64,000 nucleotides of DNA from an uncultured Acidobacteriota bacterium (lineage in GTDB: Bacteria; Acidobacteriota; UBA6911), in NCBI GenBank assembly GCA_963827655.1, contig CAWHCF010000022.1:96001-160000 (forward strand). The letters run 5' to 3'. A program made the position numbers and the translations under genes. This document shows, one piece after another, positions 23,795-33,746 of the stretch (position 1 is the stretch's first letter; each line of letters starts with the position of its first letter). The notes under the pieces are model-generated. The model searched no databases. It was not told the origin of the DNA and saw only the letters and a program-made list of their open reading frames with translations.

Positions 23795-26515
23795 ATGCGC
23801 TGCGCCACGTGCCATTCCGAAATCCCCGACATGCACCGCTTCTGCGGCTCGTGCGGCGCCCCGGCGCCCGCGCGGTCTGAGACGGCGACGGTAAGCGCTG
23901 CGTCGGACTCCTTGCCCGCCCCTGCTGCTGGTCCGCCCGTGGTCCGAATCGTTTCGAGCGATTCGATGGCGGCGGGCGGGTTCACACCCGGGACGATTCT
24001 CGCCGGACGGTATCGCGTCATCGGACTGCTCGGCCGGGGCGGCATGGGTGAGGTTTACCGCGCCGATGACCTCAAGCTCGGCCAGCCGGTCGCCCTCAAG
24101 TTCCTGCCCCGCGCGCTCGCCGTTGACACCGTACAGCGAGAGCGGTTCCTGGCCGAGGTCCGCATCGCGCGCCAGGTCGCGCACCCGAATGTCTGCCGCG
24201 TTTACGATATCGCCGAGCTCGATGGCCAGCAGTTCCTCTCGATGGAGTACATCGACGGCGAGGACCTCGCTTCGCTGCTCAAGCGGATCGGCCGCCTGCC
24301 CCCGGACAAGGCGCTCGACATCGCACGGCAGATCTGCGCCGGCCTTGCCGCCGCCCACGACCGCGGCGTCCTCCATCGCGACCTCAAGCCGGCCAATGTA
24401 ATGCTCGACGGCCGCGGGCGCGTGCGCATCACAGATTTCGGACTCGCAGTCGCGGCCGACGCCAGCGGGCTTGAAGCGGACGTATCCGGGACGCCGGCCT
24501 ACATGGCGCCCGAGCAGTTCGCCGGCAAAGGCGCGTCGGTTCGCAGCGACATCTACGGGCTCGGCCTCGTGCTCTACGAGCTCTACACGGGCAAGCGCGC
24601 TTTCACCGCCGCGTCACTGCACGAACTCCGGGCGCGCAAAGAGCGAGGAGATGCCGCCGCCCCCGTCCGAGTTCATCAAGGACATCGACCCCGTGGTCGA
24701 GCGCGTTATCCTGCGCGCGATCGCGCGCGACCCGCGGGCACGCCAGGCCTCGGCGGCGCAGGTCGCGGCGGCGCTTCCGGGCGGGAACCCGCTTGAGGCG
24801 GCACTGCGCTCGGGTGAGACGCCGTCACCCGAGATGGTGGCCGCGTCCGGCAGCAGCGAGGGGCTCCATGCCGCCGATTGCCTGGGCGCTCCTGGCGCTG
24901 GTGATACGTCGGAACTATCGCGGCAGTCAGTCTGGGATCGAATGCGCTGCTCTGGCGCCGCGCCGCCCTTGAGAGGTCGCCCGACGCTCTCGCCGAGAAA
25001 GCTCGTGAGATCGGCGTCCGGCTCGGCTACGCTGAACCGCCTGGTCGACCGCGCCTCGGGATTCGAGGCGGATCTCGATTACCTGCGGTACCTCCGGACG
25101 CAGGACCGCTCGCGGTCCCGCTGGGATCGTCACGATCCGAGCTTCCTTCGTTTCTGGTATCGAGAGAGCCCGCAGCCGCTCGAGAGCTGGCGCTACGTGT
25201 TCCGCTACGGCAATCTCTCGCGGGTCGACCCTGTCGACCCTCCACTTGACCTGGCCGGCATGACGCTCATCCGGCTCGACCCCAGCGGCCGGCTAGTCCA
25301 GCTCGTCGTCGTCCCGACCTCCACCGGAGAGGCAGCCTCCAGTCGCGAATCCTGATTGGCCCGCGCTTCTCCAAGCCGGTGGCTTCGATCCCTCGGTCTG
25401 GAAGCCGGTCGAGCCGCGCTCGACGCCCCCCTTCTACGCAGACGCGCGCGCGGCGTGGGAGGGGACGTGGCCGAGCCGGCCCGACCTCAAGGTCCGGCTG
25501 GAGGCAGGAGGCTTTCGCGGCAAACCCGTCTACTTCGAAGCTGTGCTCCCGTGGACCCGATCCGTGCGGACGGAATCGAACCTGCTCACGGGCGCCGAAC
25601 GCACGTCTCTGGTGCTGATCTTCTTCGTGCTCGCCGCGATGATCGCGGCGGCTGCGATCTTCGCGCGGCGCAACCTGCGGGCGGGGCGAGGTGATCGACA
25701 GGGTGCGTTCCGGCTGTCGGCCTTCGTGTTCGCGGCGATGTTCGTTGCCTGGTTTTTCGGTGAAAGCCACGTCGCCACGCTGTGGGAAGTCGTGCTCGTC
25801 ACGATGGCGCTGAGCTGGGCACTACTCACGGCCGGCTTCTGCTGGCTGGCTTACGTGGCGGTCGAACCGTTCGTACGCCGCCGCTGGCCGGAGGTCCTGG
25901 TCTCGTGGGCCCGCCTGCTGGGGGGTGAATTCCGCGACCCGCTGGTCGGCCGCGACCTGCTGATCGGGTGCGTCGGTGGAATCGCCCTCGCCCTGATAGG
26001 CTTCGCAGGCATACTTCTCCCCGGAGTGGCTCGGGTTGGCGCCGGAGCTGATACCTGCGGATCTCATCGGCGTCGCCTACGGTCTCCAGCGGGTAGTTCC
26101 GCTGCTGGTTTGGCGCCTCGGTCAGAGCGTCATCGTCTCCCTCGCAACCCTGTTTCTGCTGTTTCTGGTGCGGCTGGCGCTTGGGTCCCGGTGGCGCGCG
26201 ATCGCCGCATGTGTGCTCCTCAGCTCCGTCCCCGGAGCGCTGGCGCAGGAGCATTTCTGGATTTCGCTCCTCCACTCGGCGGCTATGACCGGAGTTTTCT
26301 TCCTGCTGCTCGTACGGGTCGGGCTCGTGGCATCCGTGGCCGCCTTCTATACGTGGGGCCTGTTCGTTCTGTTCCCGGTGACGATGCAGCTGTCGGCCTG
26401 GTACGCAGGCAGCGGTGTGGCCGCGCTCATCGTCCTCGCCGCGCTTGCCTTGTTCGGTTTCTCCACGTCGCTCGGCGGCCGGCCTGCGCTGGGCGACGTC
26501 GAGCTTCACCAGTGA
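23795..26515 (+). CDS. Hanks-type Ser/Thr kinase with N-terminal Zn-ribbon and multi-TM C-terminal region; at least 4 apparent frameshifts
   Basis: CATC..FCGSCG, LGRGGMGEVY, VALKFL, HRDLKPAN, TDFGLA, GTPAYMAPE. Continues through ORF pieces 24471-25355, 25543-26598 and 26036-26515 (ARRNLRAGRGDR, EPFVRRRWP, RDPLVGRDLLIG). Confidence 0.85.
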
Positions 26516-26682
26516 CATTCAGCCAACGCTGCCGAACACTGCTTCGAGCAGGCCCCGATCGTCTTGTCGAATTTGGACACGTCTCCAGCGAGAGTTAATA
26601 AAATTAGAGTTTCTCAACTTCTTAAAATATAATATCAAGTAGCGATCTCCGATCAAAACTTCGACAAGGAAGGAAAGACGAG

Positions 26683-26967
26683 ATGGCACTGGTGAAGGTC
26701 AAGCGCTTTGCGCAAGTAACCTTGCCCCCGGACCTACGAAAGCGCTTCAACCTGACTGAAGGCGATTACCTGGAGGCCGAGGCCGTGAAGGAAGGCATTC
26801 TCCTCAAGCCTGTGACCGTGATCGAGCGAGCAAGAGCCTGGGACAAGGTATTTGGTGCGATGAAGAGCGTCAAAGACCGAAAGCCAAACCCTAAGCAGGG
26901 CCCCAAGGAACAAGAGGAGGAGATCGCTTCCTGGGTCAAGGACTTCAGAAAAAAGCGGCATGCCTGA
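26683..26967 (+). CDS. AbrB/MazE/SpoVT-family antitoxin
   Basis: QVTLPPDLRKRFNLTEGDYL; overlaps the PIN gene; TATAAT at 26628-26633 in an AT-rich upstream region. Confidence 0.9.
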   Translation: MALVKVKRFAQVTLPPDLRKRFNLTEGDYLEAEAVKEGILLKPVTVIERARAWDKVFGAMKSVKDRKPNPKQGPKEQEEEIASWVKDFRKKRHA

Positions 26968-27397
26968 ACCTCTCCGCGTGGTGCTTGATTCCACGGTACT
27001 GGTAAGCGCATTTCTTGCGGAGAAGAAACTCTCCGCCGAGCTCCTCCGCTTCGCTCGCCAAGGAGCTTTCATCGTGTGTTCAACCAATTCCATCCTGGTC
27101 GAAACCCAGCGCGTGCTTCTGGAATATCCTCGCATCCGTCGCCGCTACGAATACAAAGACCAAAAGGTGTTTGACTTTGTCCAGGGGTTACACGTTCTCG
27201 CCCGGCTCAGCATCGACCTTCCGGCGATCAAGGTAGTAAGAGATCCTGAAGATGACGTGGTGATTGCCACCGCGCTGGCTTCTCAAGCAAGCCACGTGGT
27301 TACGAGAGACAAAGATCTTCTTTCACTGAGAACGCATGAAGGAATCACGATTACGACCCCCGAAGATTTCATGGCCCTGCTCCGCAAGCGTTCTTAG
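26960..27397 (+). CDS. PIN-domain (VapC-like) toxin
   Basis: RVVLDSTVLVSA, RDPEDDVVI..A, VTRDKDLL, ITTPEDF. Confidence 0.92.
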   Translation: MPEPLRVVLDSTVLVSAFLAEKKLSAELLRFARQGAFIVCSTNSILVETQRVLLEYPRIRRRYEYKDQKVFDFVQGLHVLARLSIDLPAIKVVRDPEDDVVIATALASQASHVVTRDKDLLSLRTHEGITITTPEDFMALLRKRS

Positions 27398-27481
27398 AGC
27401 GCCCGCTCCACTCGAATGTCCGTGTCATGTTTCGTCACTTCCGCGTCAAACGCGAGCCCGGATGTTCTTGGCCAAAAGCCT

Positions 27482-28216
27482 CTATCCTCTGCCCAGATAA
27501 GCCTGCTGAACCGGCAGGACGATGGCTTCAAGCATGTTGATGTGGGGCGGGAGAACCGCCATGAGTACGGCTACCTGCGCGAGCTCGTCCGGCTCCATCA
27601 TCGGTTCTCGATCCTCCGGCCGGCTTCCAAGAGCGCGCCATTCATTGACCACGTTTCCGGGGTGAAGACAACTGGCGATGATGCCATGCTCCCGTCCCTC
27701 CAGCGCCGTCACCTGGGTGAGTCCCCACAATCCGTGCTTGGTTGCCGCATAGGCCGCGGCGCGAGGCCGCACGCGCTGCGCGGAAATACTTGCGATATTG
27801 ATGATGCGGCCGCCGCCCTGCTTCTTCATGATCCGGAAGGCCGCGCGAGAGCAGAGGAAGGGACCGCGCAGGTTTACCGCCACGACTCGGTCCCATTTTT
27901 CCGCGCTGAGTTCGTCGATCGGTCCGCCGTCAAACGCGCCCGCGTTGTTTACCAGCACATCCAGACGGCCAAAGCGTTCCATGGTCTGCTCAAACAGCCT
28001 CTCGACCTGCGCCTCATCCGAAACATCACTCGGGAATCCGGCCGCCGCGGGAGAACCCAAGTTGCCGACCTGCCGAACGGTTTGCTCCAATCGGACAGGA
28101 TCGCGCGCTGCCAGCGCCAGGCTCGCCCCTTCACTCGCGAAAGCGCGCGCGATCGCCGCCCCGATGCCTCGATTTCCGCCTGTGATCAATGCCGTCTTCC
28201 CATCGAGTTTGCCCAA
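27482..28216 (-). CDS. Short-chain dehydrogenase/reductase
   Basis: TGGNRGIG, DVLVNNAG, YAATKHG. Start placed at TTG 28216 behind GGAGG. Confidence 0.92.
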   Translation of the reverse strand: MGKLDGKTALITGGNRGIGAAIARAFASEGASLALAARDPVRLEQTVRQVGNLGSPAAAGFPSDVSDEAQVERLFEQTMERFGRLDVLVNNAGAFDGGPIDELSAEKWDRVVAVNLRGPFLCSRAAFRIMKKQGGGRIINIASISAQRVRPRAAAYAATKHGLWGLTQVTALEGREHGIIASCLHPGNVVNEWRALGSRPEDREPMMEPDELAQVAVLMAVLPPHINMLEAIVLPVQQAYLGRG

Positions 28217-28390
28217 AGTAGTCCTCCCCGGTGTACTTTCTTGTTTTTTCGGGTCTTCGAGTCTTAGTGGTTGGTTTTGTTCTGCCGCACTAACCACGAA
28301 GGCACGAACGACCGAACGAAGGCACGTAAGGCGTTTCACCAGCGCCTAGAAACGACATTTTAACGGGACGGCTGCTCGCAAAATGTTTTC

Positions 28391-28450
28391 AAAAAAAATT
28401 TTTCTAAAAAATCGTTGACAACATTTTTGAGCTCTGGCAAAGTGACGCCC
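28391..28450 (+). promoter_or_regulatory. Strong sigma70-type promoter (UP element, perfect -35, extended -10)
   Basis: AAAAAAAATTTTTCTAAAAAATC, TTGACA (28415-20), 17-bp spacer, TGgCAAAGT (28435-43), GC-rich discriminator GACGCCC. Confidence 0.7.
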
Positions 28451-28683
28451 GGTCGTTGCAGTTTGCGTGACCTTGAACACCGGTAGATGATCGACGGATG
28501 GGCTTAACAGGTTTGTTCGTCGGGCTAGGAAGCCGGAGCCAGTTGGCGGAAACCAATTCCCAACTGGTGTCGTCGAGAGAGAGACTTGACGACTGGTAGC
28601 GCCTTCCGGCTGACGTTCGATCCCGGGCAACGGGAGAGAACATTCCAAAAGGATCGGGTCAAGGGAACGGAGCCGCAACGGCC
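28451..28683 (+). ncRNA. Candidate ~233-nt structured non-coding RNA of unknown family
   Basis: 5' GGTCGTTGC pairs with 3' GCAACGGCC; long closing stem plus five further helices with many G-U pairs; begins 8 nt after a -10 box; followed by ATTTTATTTT. Confidence 0.72.
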
Positions 28684-28827
28684 ATTTTATTTTGTCCCGC
28701 TGACCGAAACAATCCACCGCCAAGACTCGAAGTCGCCGAGAACCCATAGGACCACCAAGATCTATTTGGGTCTCGTTTCTACGGGTGCTAGAATCATGGC
28801 GTCTACATCATTTTCACGGAGGCCCGG

Positions 28828-29193
28828 ATGAAAAAGGTGATGGTCTATTCAGTCGTACTGGCATGCACTCTGGCCGCTTCGATCGCGCTGGGCGCCAACG
28901 GCAATATCGATAAACGCGAGTATGTCTGCATGATGCAGGACATGGTTTTGACCAAGCCGGGAATTGCCATTGAGTACGAGGGAAAAACCTACTACGGCTG
29001 CTGCGACATGTGTAAAGACAAGATCAAGAACCAGCCGCAGAAATACACGCGAGCTACCGACGCTGTATCCGGCAAGCAGGTCGACAAAGCCACCGCGTTC
29101 ATCTATGGGCTCGACGGGGACGCCTACTACTTCACCTCCGAGGCAAACCGAAAAGCCTTCGCCGAAAATCCGCAGAAGTTTCTCAAGAAGTAA
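28828..29193 (+). CDS. Exported YHS/TRASH-domain protein
   Basis: Signal peptide, VCMM, YEGKTYYGCCDMCK, DAVSGK.VDK, YYFTSEAN...F; own extended -10 TGCTAGAAT at 28786-28794. Confidence 0.85.
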   Translation: MKKVMVYSVVLACTLAASIALGANGNIDKREYVCMMQDMVLTKPGIAIEYEGKTYYGCCDMCKDKIKNQPQKYTRATDAVSGKQVDKATAFIYGLDGDAYYFTSEANRKAFAENPQKFLKK

Positions 29194-29295
29194 GCTGAAT
29201 AACACTAGATGGCATTTCCCATCTTTTCTTTGGCTTCGGGTCTTCGCCTTTTCTGGCTCAGCCATAGACGCGGATCGAGGACCTGAACGCGAACC

Positions 29296-31755
29296 ATGTC
29301 CGCTTTTGCGCGCCTCTACGAAAAACTCATTCTCCGGCACCCGCTTCTCGTCGTCCTTGCCTTTGGCGCCGGGCTGATCTTCTTCGGCTACAACCTCAAG
29401 AATTTCCGCATGGACGCGTCGAGTGACTCACTGATCCTCGAAAACGACGCCGATCTGAAATATTACGAAGCGACCCGGGAAATCTTCGGCTCCGACGACT
29501 ACATTGTCCTCGCAGTCACGCTTCGCGAGCATCTGCTTTCCGACAACGTGCTTCGCACTCTGGAAAGCCTTTCTCGGGAGCTGGAACGGGTCTCGAATAT
29601 CGAATCGGTCAACAGCGTTCTCACCGTCCCGCTCTTCCATAGCCCGAAGGTTTCACTCTATGAAATGGGGACTCAGCACAAGACCTTGCTGATGGAGGGG
29701 TGCGACCGCCAGCTGGCCTACCAGGAGCTCACCACGAGTCCTCTGTGGCGCAATAACCTTATTTCCGAGGATGGCAAGACCACAGCCATTGTTCTCACCT
29801 TCAAGCCCAATGCGGAGTTCAACGCGCTCCGAGACGAACGTTACCGTCTCCGCCGCCAGCAGGCTTCGGGAAGTTTGACGGCCGATGAAGAAAGGCGGAT
29901 GAGAACGGTCAACCGGGCCTACAACGAAAAGCATGCCGAACTCTCGGCGCAACGGCGCGCCGATGTGCGGGAAATCAGGACGATCCTGGCCAAGTACCGC
30001 GGGCAAGCCTACGACTTTGTCGAGTCCGGCCTGCCGATGATCATCGCCGACATGGTCAGCTACATCGAACGAGACATCATTGTTTTCGGGATTGCGGTCC
30101 TGGCATTTCTCACTGCGGTTCTGGGCATCCTCTTTCGACAGGTCAAATGGATCCTGCTTCCGATCGTAACCTGCTTGATCTCCGCCATCTTCACGATGGG
30201 TTATCTGGGGTTGACCGGCTGGGAAACGACGGTGGTCTCCGCCAATTTTTCTTCGATGCTGCTCATCGTGGGGATGCAGAACGCCATCTACCTGATCGTG
30301 CGCTTCAGGGAGATTCATGCGCGCTTTCCCGAGCGCGACAAGAAGGACATCCTGTTTCAGACCGTGCGGGAAATCAGCGTTCCGTGCTTTTATGCTACCG
30401 CGACCGCCGTGGCAGGTTTTGCGACCCTCATCATCAGCGGCATCCGGCCCGTCATCGATTTCGGTCTCCTTATGGCGGCAGGTCTCTCGCTCGCCTATGT
30501 CGTGAACTTTACCTTCTTTCCGGCTGCGCTCCTCCTCTTCCCCAAGGGACCGCCACCTCCAAAGCATCTCGCTACGCTGGAGAAATCACCGGTCGCATTT
30601 CTGGCGGCATTCAGCCGCCGGCACCAAATCCCGATCGCAATGGCAAGCCTCGGGCTTCTCGGCGTATCAATCGCAGGTATGACGAAGCTTCAGGTGGAAA
30701 ACCGCTTCATTGATTATTTCCGGAAAAGCACGCCCATTTCCCGTGGCTTGAGCGTGATTGATGAACGCCTCGGGGGCACGACATCGCTGGAGATCGTCCT
30801 CGACGGCAAGAAGAAGGATTACTGGCTGGAGCCGCAGAATCTGGAGATCCTGCGCAAAATCCACAAACACACCGAGCAGCTGCCGAACGTCGGCAAGGTA
30901 TCGTCACTCGACACGCTGATCGAGATTCTGACCAAAGTCAACGACGGCGTTCCGCCCAACAAGTTCATCCTCAATCTGGCGCGCGCGACCCTCGCGCCCA
31001 GGATGCAGCAGGCCTATCTTCTCCCCTATGTGACCAGCGACTTTTCGCAAGCGCGCATCTTCATCCGGATTCGCGAGTCGAGCCCCACGCTGAGCCGTGA
31101 TGCCATGCTGGGAGACCTCGCAAATTTTCTGAGGAAGGAAACCAGGTTTACCGAGGATGAGGCCCGGGTCACCGGGCTCTTTGTCTTATACAACAACTTG
31201 CTGAACAGTCTTTTCGACTCGCAGATAAAGACGCTGGGCGTGGTCTTCGTGGTGATTTACTTGATGCTGGTTGCGCTCTTCCGCTCTTTTTATCTCTCCT
31301 TTATTTCGATGTTACCGACAACCCTTCCGATCCTGATTATCCTGGGAACCATGGGGGCGCTTCATATCTCGCTCGATATGATGACGATCATGATCGCTTC
31401 CGTGACCATGGGAATCGCCGTCGACAACATGATCCAATACACATTCCGTCACCGGGATGAGTTCCGTCTTCATGGAGATTACACCGTCGCCACGGACAGG
31501 ACGCACAACAGTATCGGCCGGGCGATTCTCTATTCCAATCTCACCATCATCGCCGGGTTCAGCATCCTGGCGTTATCGAATTTCATCCCGACCATCTACT
31601 TTGGAATCTTTACCAGCCTGGCCATGAGCGCCGGGTTGCTGGGTTCCCTCACTCTCCTTCCGATGTTGCTGAGTCTGCTCAAACCGTATCGACGCCGCGT
31701 CGTCGACCCACTCGCAGAGGCTGATCGTCAATCGTCAACCGCCAATCGCCAATAG
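29296..31755 (+). CDS. MMPL/RND-family transporter
   Basis: Duplicated 1+5 TM architecture, FGSDD, TAVAGFATL...IRPVIDFG, GIAVDN.IQ, IAGFSILALSNFIPTIYFG. Confidence 0.9.
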   Translation: MSAFARLYEKLILRHPLLVVLAFGAGLIFFGYNLKNFRMDASSDSLILENDADLKYYEATREIFGSDDYIVLAVTLREHLLSDNVLRTLESLSRELERVSNIESVNSVLTVPLFHSPKVSLYEMGTQHKTLLMEGCDRQLAYQELTTSPLWRNNLISEDGKTTAIVLTFKPNAEFNALRDERYRLRRQQASGSLTADEERRMRTVNRAYNEKHAELSAQRRADVREIRTILAKYRGQAYDFVESGLPMIIADMVSYIERDIIVFGIAVLAFLTAVLGILFRQVKWILLPIVTCLISAIFTMGYLGLTGWETTVVSANFSSMLLIVGMQNAIYLIVRFREIHARFPERDKKDILFQTVREISVPCFYATATAVAGFATLIISGIRPVIDFGLLMAAGLSLAYVVNFTFFPAALLLFPKGPPPPKHLATLEKSPVAFLAAFSRRHQIPIAMASLGLLGVSIAGMTKLQVENRFIDYFRKSTPISRGLSVIDERLGGTTSLEIVLDGKKKDYWLEPQNLEILRKIHKHTEQLPNVGKVSSLDTLIEILTKVNDGVPPNKFILNLARATLAPRMQQAYLLPYVTSDFSQARIFIRIRESSPTLSRDAMLGDLANFLRKETRFTEDEARVTGLFVLYNNLLNSLFDSQIKTLGVVFVVIYLMLVALFRSFYLSFISMLPTTLPILIILGTMGALHISLDMMTIMIASVTMGIAVDNMIQYTFRHRDEFRLHGDYTVATDRTHNSIGRAILYSNLTIIAGFSILALSNFIPTIYFGIFTSLAMSAGLLGSLTLLPMLLSLLKPYRRRVVDPLAEADRQSSTANRQ

Positions 31756-31854
31756 GTCGGTCGTTTCCCGCTTTGACTTCAGGTTCCCTGACTCGTCTGT
31801 TTCCAGCGCTGCGCGGTATCACTGTCAATTGGTCGACCCCACTCGCGGAGCCAA

Positions 31855-31917
31855 ATCGTCAATCGTCAATCGTCAATCGCCCATCGTCAATCGTCAATCG
31901 TCAATCGTCAATCGTCT
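31855..31917 (+). repeat. Tandem heptamer array (ATCGTCA)x9; shorter arrays at ~31724-31752 and (reverse) ~62480-62495
   Basis: Nine consecutive 7-bp units (two variant) between convergent genes. Confidence 0.9.
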
Positions 31918-32351
31918 CACTTCCCCGCTTTGACGGGTTCCTTCGTGATGTTGAAAGTCCCTTCGCCGATTTTCTCCCCTTTGGCCATCATGGAAAAAGT
32001 GCCCTGAATGGTTTTCCCTTTGAGAGGACCGGTGACTACGGCTTGCAGGGGATTCTCTCCCAGCTTGAAGACCGCTGTCCCGGAGAACACCTTCTTCTGG
32101 ACGGTGATGTCCGATATCTCCCCGGAATACTGAAGTCCCCCCGGGGCTTTGATCACAATCTTTCCCTTCAGCGCGCGAGTTTCGTCTCTGGAAAAGGTTA
32201 CGGTGATATCGCCGGTTGGCGGCGCCCCATCGGGGCCGGTCGCCTTGCCGGCCCACACACCCAGGAGAATCTTCGTCTCATCGGCCGCGACCAGTTCGGA
32301 GATGAAAGATGCCGAAGCCAGCAGAAGAAAAAGCACGTATATTCTCCTCAC
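31917..32351 (-). CDS. Small exported beta-rich hypothetical protein
   Basis: GTG start behind GGAGG; signal peptide RRIYVLFLLLASASF; GVWAG.ATG. The ORF-track N-terminal extension is MITE sequence. Confidence 0.7.
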   Translation of the reverse strand: MRRIYVLFLLLASASFISELVAADETKILLGVWAGKATGPDGAPPTGDITVTFSRDETRALKGKIVIKAPGGLQYSGEISDITVQKKVFSGTAVFKLGENPLQAVVTGPLKGKTIQGTFSMMAKGEKIGEGTFNITKEPVKAGK

Positions 32352-32483
32352 GTCTACCTCCAGGAACACAGGTAATCCTGCCCATGCGTCCGGTTGAGTC
32401 TGGAGCAGGTTAGTTTTTGGCGACTTGCCGTTTCGTTGCGCGTTCGTGTCTTGGCGACGCCTTTTTTGAGCATGAACCACTAA

Positions 32484-32660
32484 GGGTTCGTGCAGAAATA
32501 AGTTCGCATTCTGCTGCAGGCCCCCAGGCCCGCTGGCGAGGCGCGAGCGACGATGCGGCCCGAAGGGGCGCGATCCTCGGCGTGCTTGGCGAACAGAAAC
32601 CGGTTCATGATTGACCACCGACTCTCGCGCCAGAATGTGAAGTTATTTCTGCGCGAGCCC
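32484..32660. mobile_element. 177-bp MITE with ~30-bp terminal inverted repeats and TAA direct repeats
   Basis: TAA|GGGTTCGTGCAGAAATAAGTTCGCATTCTG ... CAGAATGTGAAGTTATTTCTGCGCGAGCCC|TAA. Confidence 0.85.
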
Positions 32661-32676
32661 TAAGACGCGACGGGCG

Positions 32677-33558
32677 CTAAGCGCCCCGATGGTTCGCCAG
32701 CAGGCCTCGGATGTAGCCCACGGACTCTGCCAATCCAGGCAAAGGATCGTCGGCATCCTTCTCATATTCGAAGGCAACCTGATAGGAATACTTGATATCC
32801 AGCAGGGCCTTGAGAATGGATTTCAGGTCCAGGACGCCGCGGCCGACTTCGACGTTGTTCGCTTTCGGCTGCGTGTCCATGAGATCTTTGATGTGCAGGT
32901 CATAAAGCCGGGCGCGGCACTTGAGAATGGCTTGCGCGGGATCGACCTTAGCGCGCGCCGTGTGGCCCACGTCAATGCACAACCCGATCCTTTTGTCGTA
33001 AGGCTCGACGGCTTTCCAAACGTCATGGGGAGAGGGAAAACGCTTGTCCTCCGGCCCATGATTATGGATCGCAAGTTTGATATCGAACTCTTTTACCATT
33101 TTATCGAGGATCGGCATCGATTCGGGCGCCGGGCTGCAAACGATCGTCGGAATACCCGCATCGCGCGCATATTGAAAGGCCGCGCGCACGTTGGCCTCGT
33201 CATTCTGCATCGAAATATTCCCGCAACTCAGCGGCGTAATCCCCGCGTCCTTGAACTTCTGAACCACGGCGCGACGTTCCTCGGGAGTACTCTTGAGGGA
33301 AAGGTGGAAATCCTTGATGGAGACGTAGTGCAAGCCAACGCGCTGAATCGCCTTGATCGCGGCGTCCAGTGGTAGTTTTCTCAGTGTGTAGGATGCCACC
33401 CCGACTTTGAGCCCGCGCCAGGGGTCGGCATCGTTAGCGGCGAATCCTCCCCAACCCATGGCCGAAGGCCGGAATTGGGTGATCCAGGGGAACAGCGTGG
33501 CTGCCAGAGCGCTGGTTTTGATTAAGTCACGTCGCGAAGACTTGCAGGGGTCAGACAT
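32677..33558 (-). CDS. Tat-exported sugar phosphate isomerase/epimerase (xylose-isomerase-like TIM barrel)
   Basis: SRRDLIK signal, [40 protein letters not shown]. Confidence 0.88.
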   Translation of the reverse strand: MSDPCKSSRRDLIKTSALAATLFPWITQFRPSAMGWGGFAANDADPWRGLKVGVASYTLRKLPLDAAIKAIQRVGLHYVSIKDFHLSLKSTPEERRAVVQKFKDAGITPLSCGNISMQNDEANVRAAFQYARDAGIPTIVCSPAPESMPILDKMVKEFDIKLAIHNHGPEDKRFPSPHDVWKAVEPYDKRIGLCIDVGHTARAKVDPAQAILKCRARLYDLHIKDLMDTQPKANNVEVGRGVLDLKSILKALLDIKYSYQVAFEYEKDADDPLPGLAESVGYIRGLLANHRGA

Positions 33559-33746
33559 TTCAATCTCCTTGCTTTTTTAGAACCCGGCGTATTGTCAAGA
33601 GGTTGCCATCTGCGCGAGATTATCACGACCGGCTCATTTCGGGAAAGGTGCTTTGCGTCTGCGCGTCTTTGTTATTGCCGGGAAACATGAGCTTGCTTTT
33701 GGTCCGAGAGCGCGGTATGTAGAACGGCGCAACGCGGAGGTGATCA

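Noticed and set aside
26683-27397. Toxin-antitoxin pair as marker of an integrated mobile element or prophage
   Set aside because: No integrase, att-like repeats or phage genes nearby; treated as a solitary chromosomal TA module.
28451-28683. Assignment of the RNA as 6S, SRP, tmRNA, RNase P or CsrB
   Set aside because: No SRP CAGG..GGAAG..AGCAG core, no tRNA-like ends and no GAGGAAAGTCC. The fold is branched rather than a 6S rod (only weak 3' resemblance), and the GGA motifs are mostly in stems. Left unassigned pending cmscan.
28346-28831. Short ORFs 28346-28747 (-), 28404-28643 (-) and 28586-28831 (+)
   Set aside because: No recognisable motifs; they run across promoter A/T tracts and the structured RNA.
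31855-31917. CRISPR array
   Set aside because: 7-bp tandem units with no spacers; no cas genes and no 25-40-bp spaced repeats anywhere in the window.
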